A program made the translations under genes and the position numbers. 35,955 nt of DNA from positions 1-35,955 of the forward strand of contig NW_021828049.1 of NCBI RefSeq assembly GCF_006345805.1, read 5' to 3'. Under the pieces are notes generated by a model. The model searched no databases and had not been told where the DNA came from. It was given only the letters and a program-made list of their open reading frames with translations. The stretch comes from Octopus sinensis. Its lineage: Eukaryota. Each line of letters starts with the position of its first letter. Within the stretch, counting starts at the first letter, position 1. Below are positions 35,081 through 35,955 of this stretch, in pieces.

Positions 35081-35870
35081 TATATTTCTTAAAGAGGACA
35101 ACAAACGCTAAGGCAAGACAAACATCTAAATTCTTATACGTCATTATTATTAAAAGAATTTAAAGTCTCACAACAGTTTCTAGGATATCTCAGAATATGA
35201 GACATCCCGTCATCGGAGACAAGCAGAGAAAATTTCTAGGGTATAGACTCAGGAAACAATGAAATAAAGGACTGGAGAAATAAAGAAATGAGGAAATGTA
35301 GAAAAAAAAAGCATAAAAGTTCACAGTTCACAGTTCAACTTTCCGATAGTGTAGATGTTAGTCCATGAGTCCTTAGTTCTAATCCTATGTAAATCCAGAT
35401 ATGATTAAAGTGTTAATAGTGTAAATATCCAAAGAGAAACACGACTGTATCGACGATTCCTAAGAGAATGATAGCAGAAGTGGCGATCGGAAAGTTGAAC
35501 TGTGAACATTTGTGCTTCTTTTTTCTTCATTTCTTCTTTTTTCTGTTTTTTTTCATTATCGTTTCCTTAATCTATACTCTTCACATTTTCTTTATTTGTC
35601 TCCGATTACGGGATATCCCATATTTTGAAATATCCCAGAAACTGTTCTAAGACTTTAAATTTTTAAATAATAATATCGTATATGGCTTCAGATTTTTGTC
35701 TTGTCTTAGCGTTTGTTCTCCTCTTTAATGAATATATATCTGCAATATCGGGAATCTACAATGGTTCCATAACTCACGCCTCGGCTACGAGCTTGAAGCC
35801 CTGGTAATCCATTAAAGCACTTACACGGCGTACCTAACCGTTAAGACCACCTATGAACTAAACCCCTATT
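35081..35870. repeat. Older fold-back element: inverted repeat 35081-35737 (arms about 260 bp) with decayed hammerheads, plus a unique arm to 35870
   Basis: aaagaggacaacaaacgctaaggcaagac is mirrored by gtcttgtcttagcgtttgttctcctcttt; hammerhead-like motifs at 35165-35220 (-) and 35598-35653 (+). Confidence 0.85.
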
Positions 35871-35955
35871 TTTTGTGTATAGGGTGTGTGTATATATAAC
35901 ATATTTTAGACCGGGTGGAGAGAAACAGGGATACACGTTGGAAACCCAAAGTAAT

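Overview
Repeat-saturated, AT-rich eukaryotic DNA. The SINE types and the extreme (TA)n/(TATG)n/(GATA)n microsatellite load point to an octopus/cephalopod genome (inference from recalled repeat families, not a database hit). Nearly all ORFs in the supplied track are microsatellite or transposon artefacts. The window holds decayed LINEs (CR1/L2-like, RTE, Tx1/L1), Penelope-like relics, two mariners, pogo/Tigger-type MITEs, a hAT relic and about 25 tRNA-derived SINE copies of 4 types. Reading splice sites on the minus strand gives four short candidate exons (27194-27267, 21480-21580, 16777-16905, 11443-11549), plus a possible start exon at 28943-28958. Together they spell a divergent MATH/TRAF-like domain protein; one internal exon could not be found. 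Most notable: (i) six long fold-back inverted repeats, four of them carrying opposed hammerhead-ribozyme-like motifs, with one apparently intact type I hammerhead at 34497-34586; (ii) a Tx1/L1-clade LINE with no poly(A) tail, embedded in (GATA)n on both sides; (iii) a head-to-tail array of tail-swapped SINE units.
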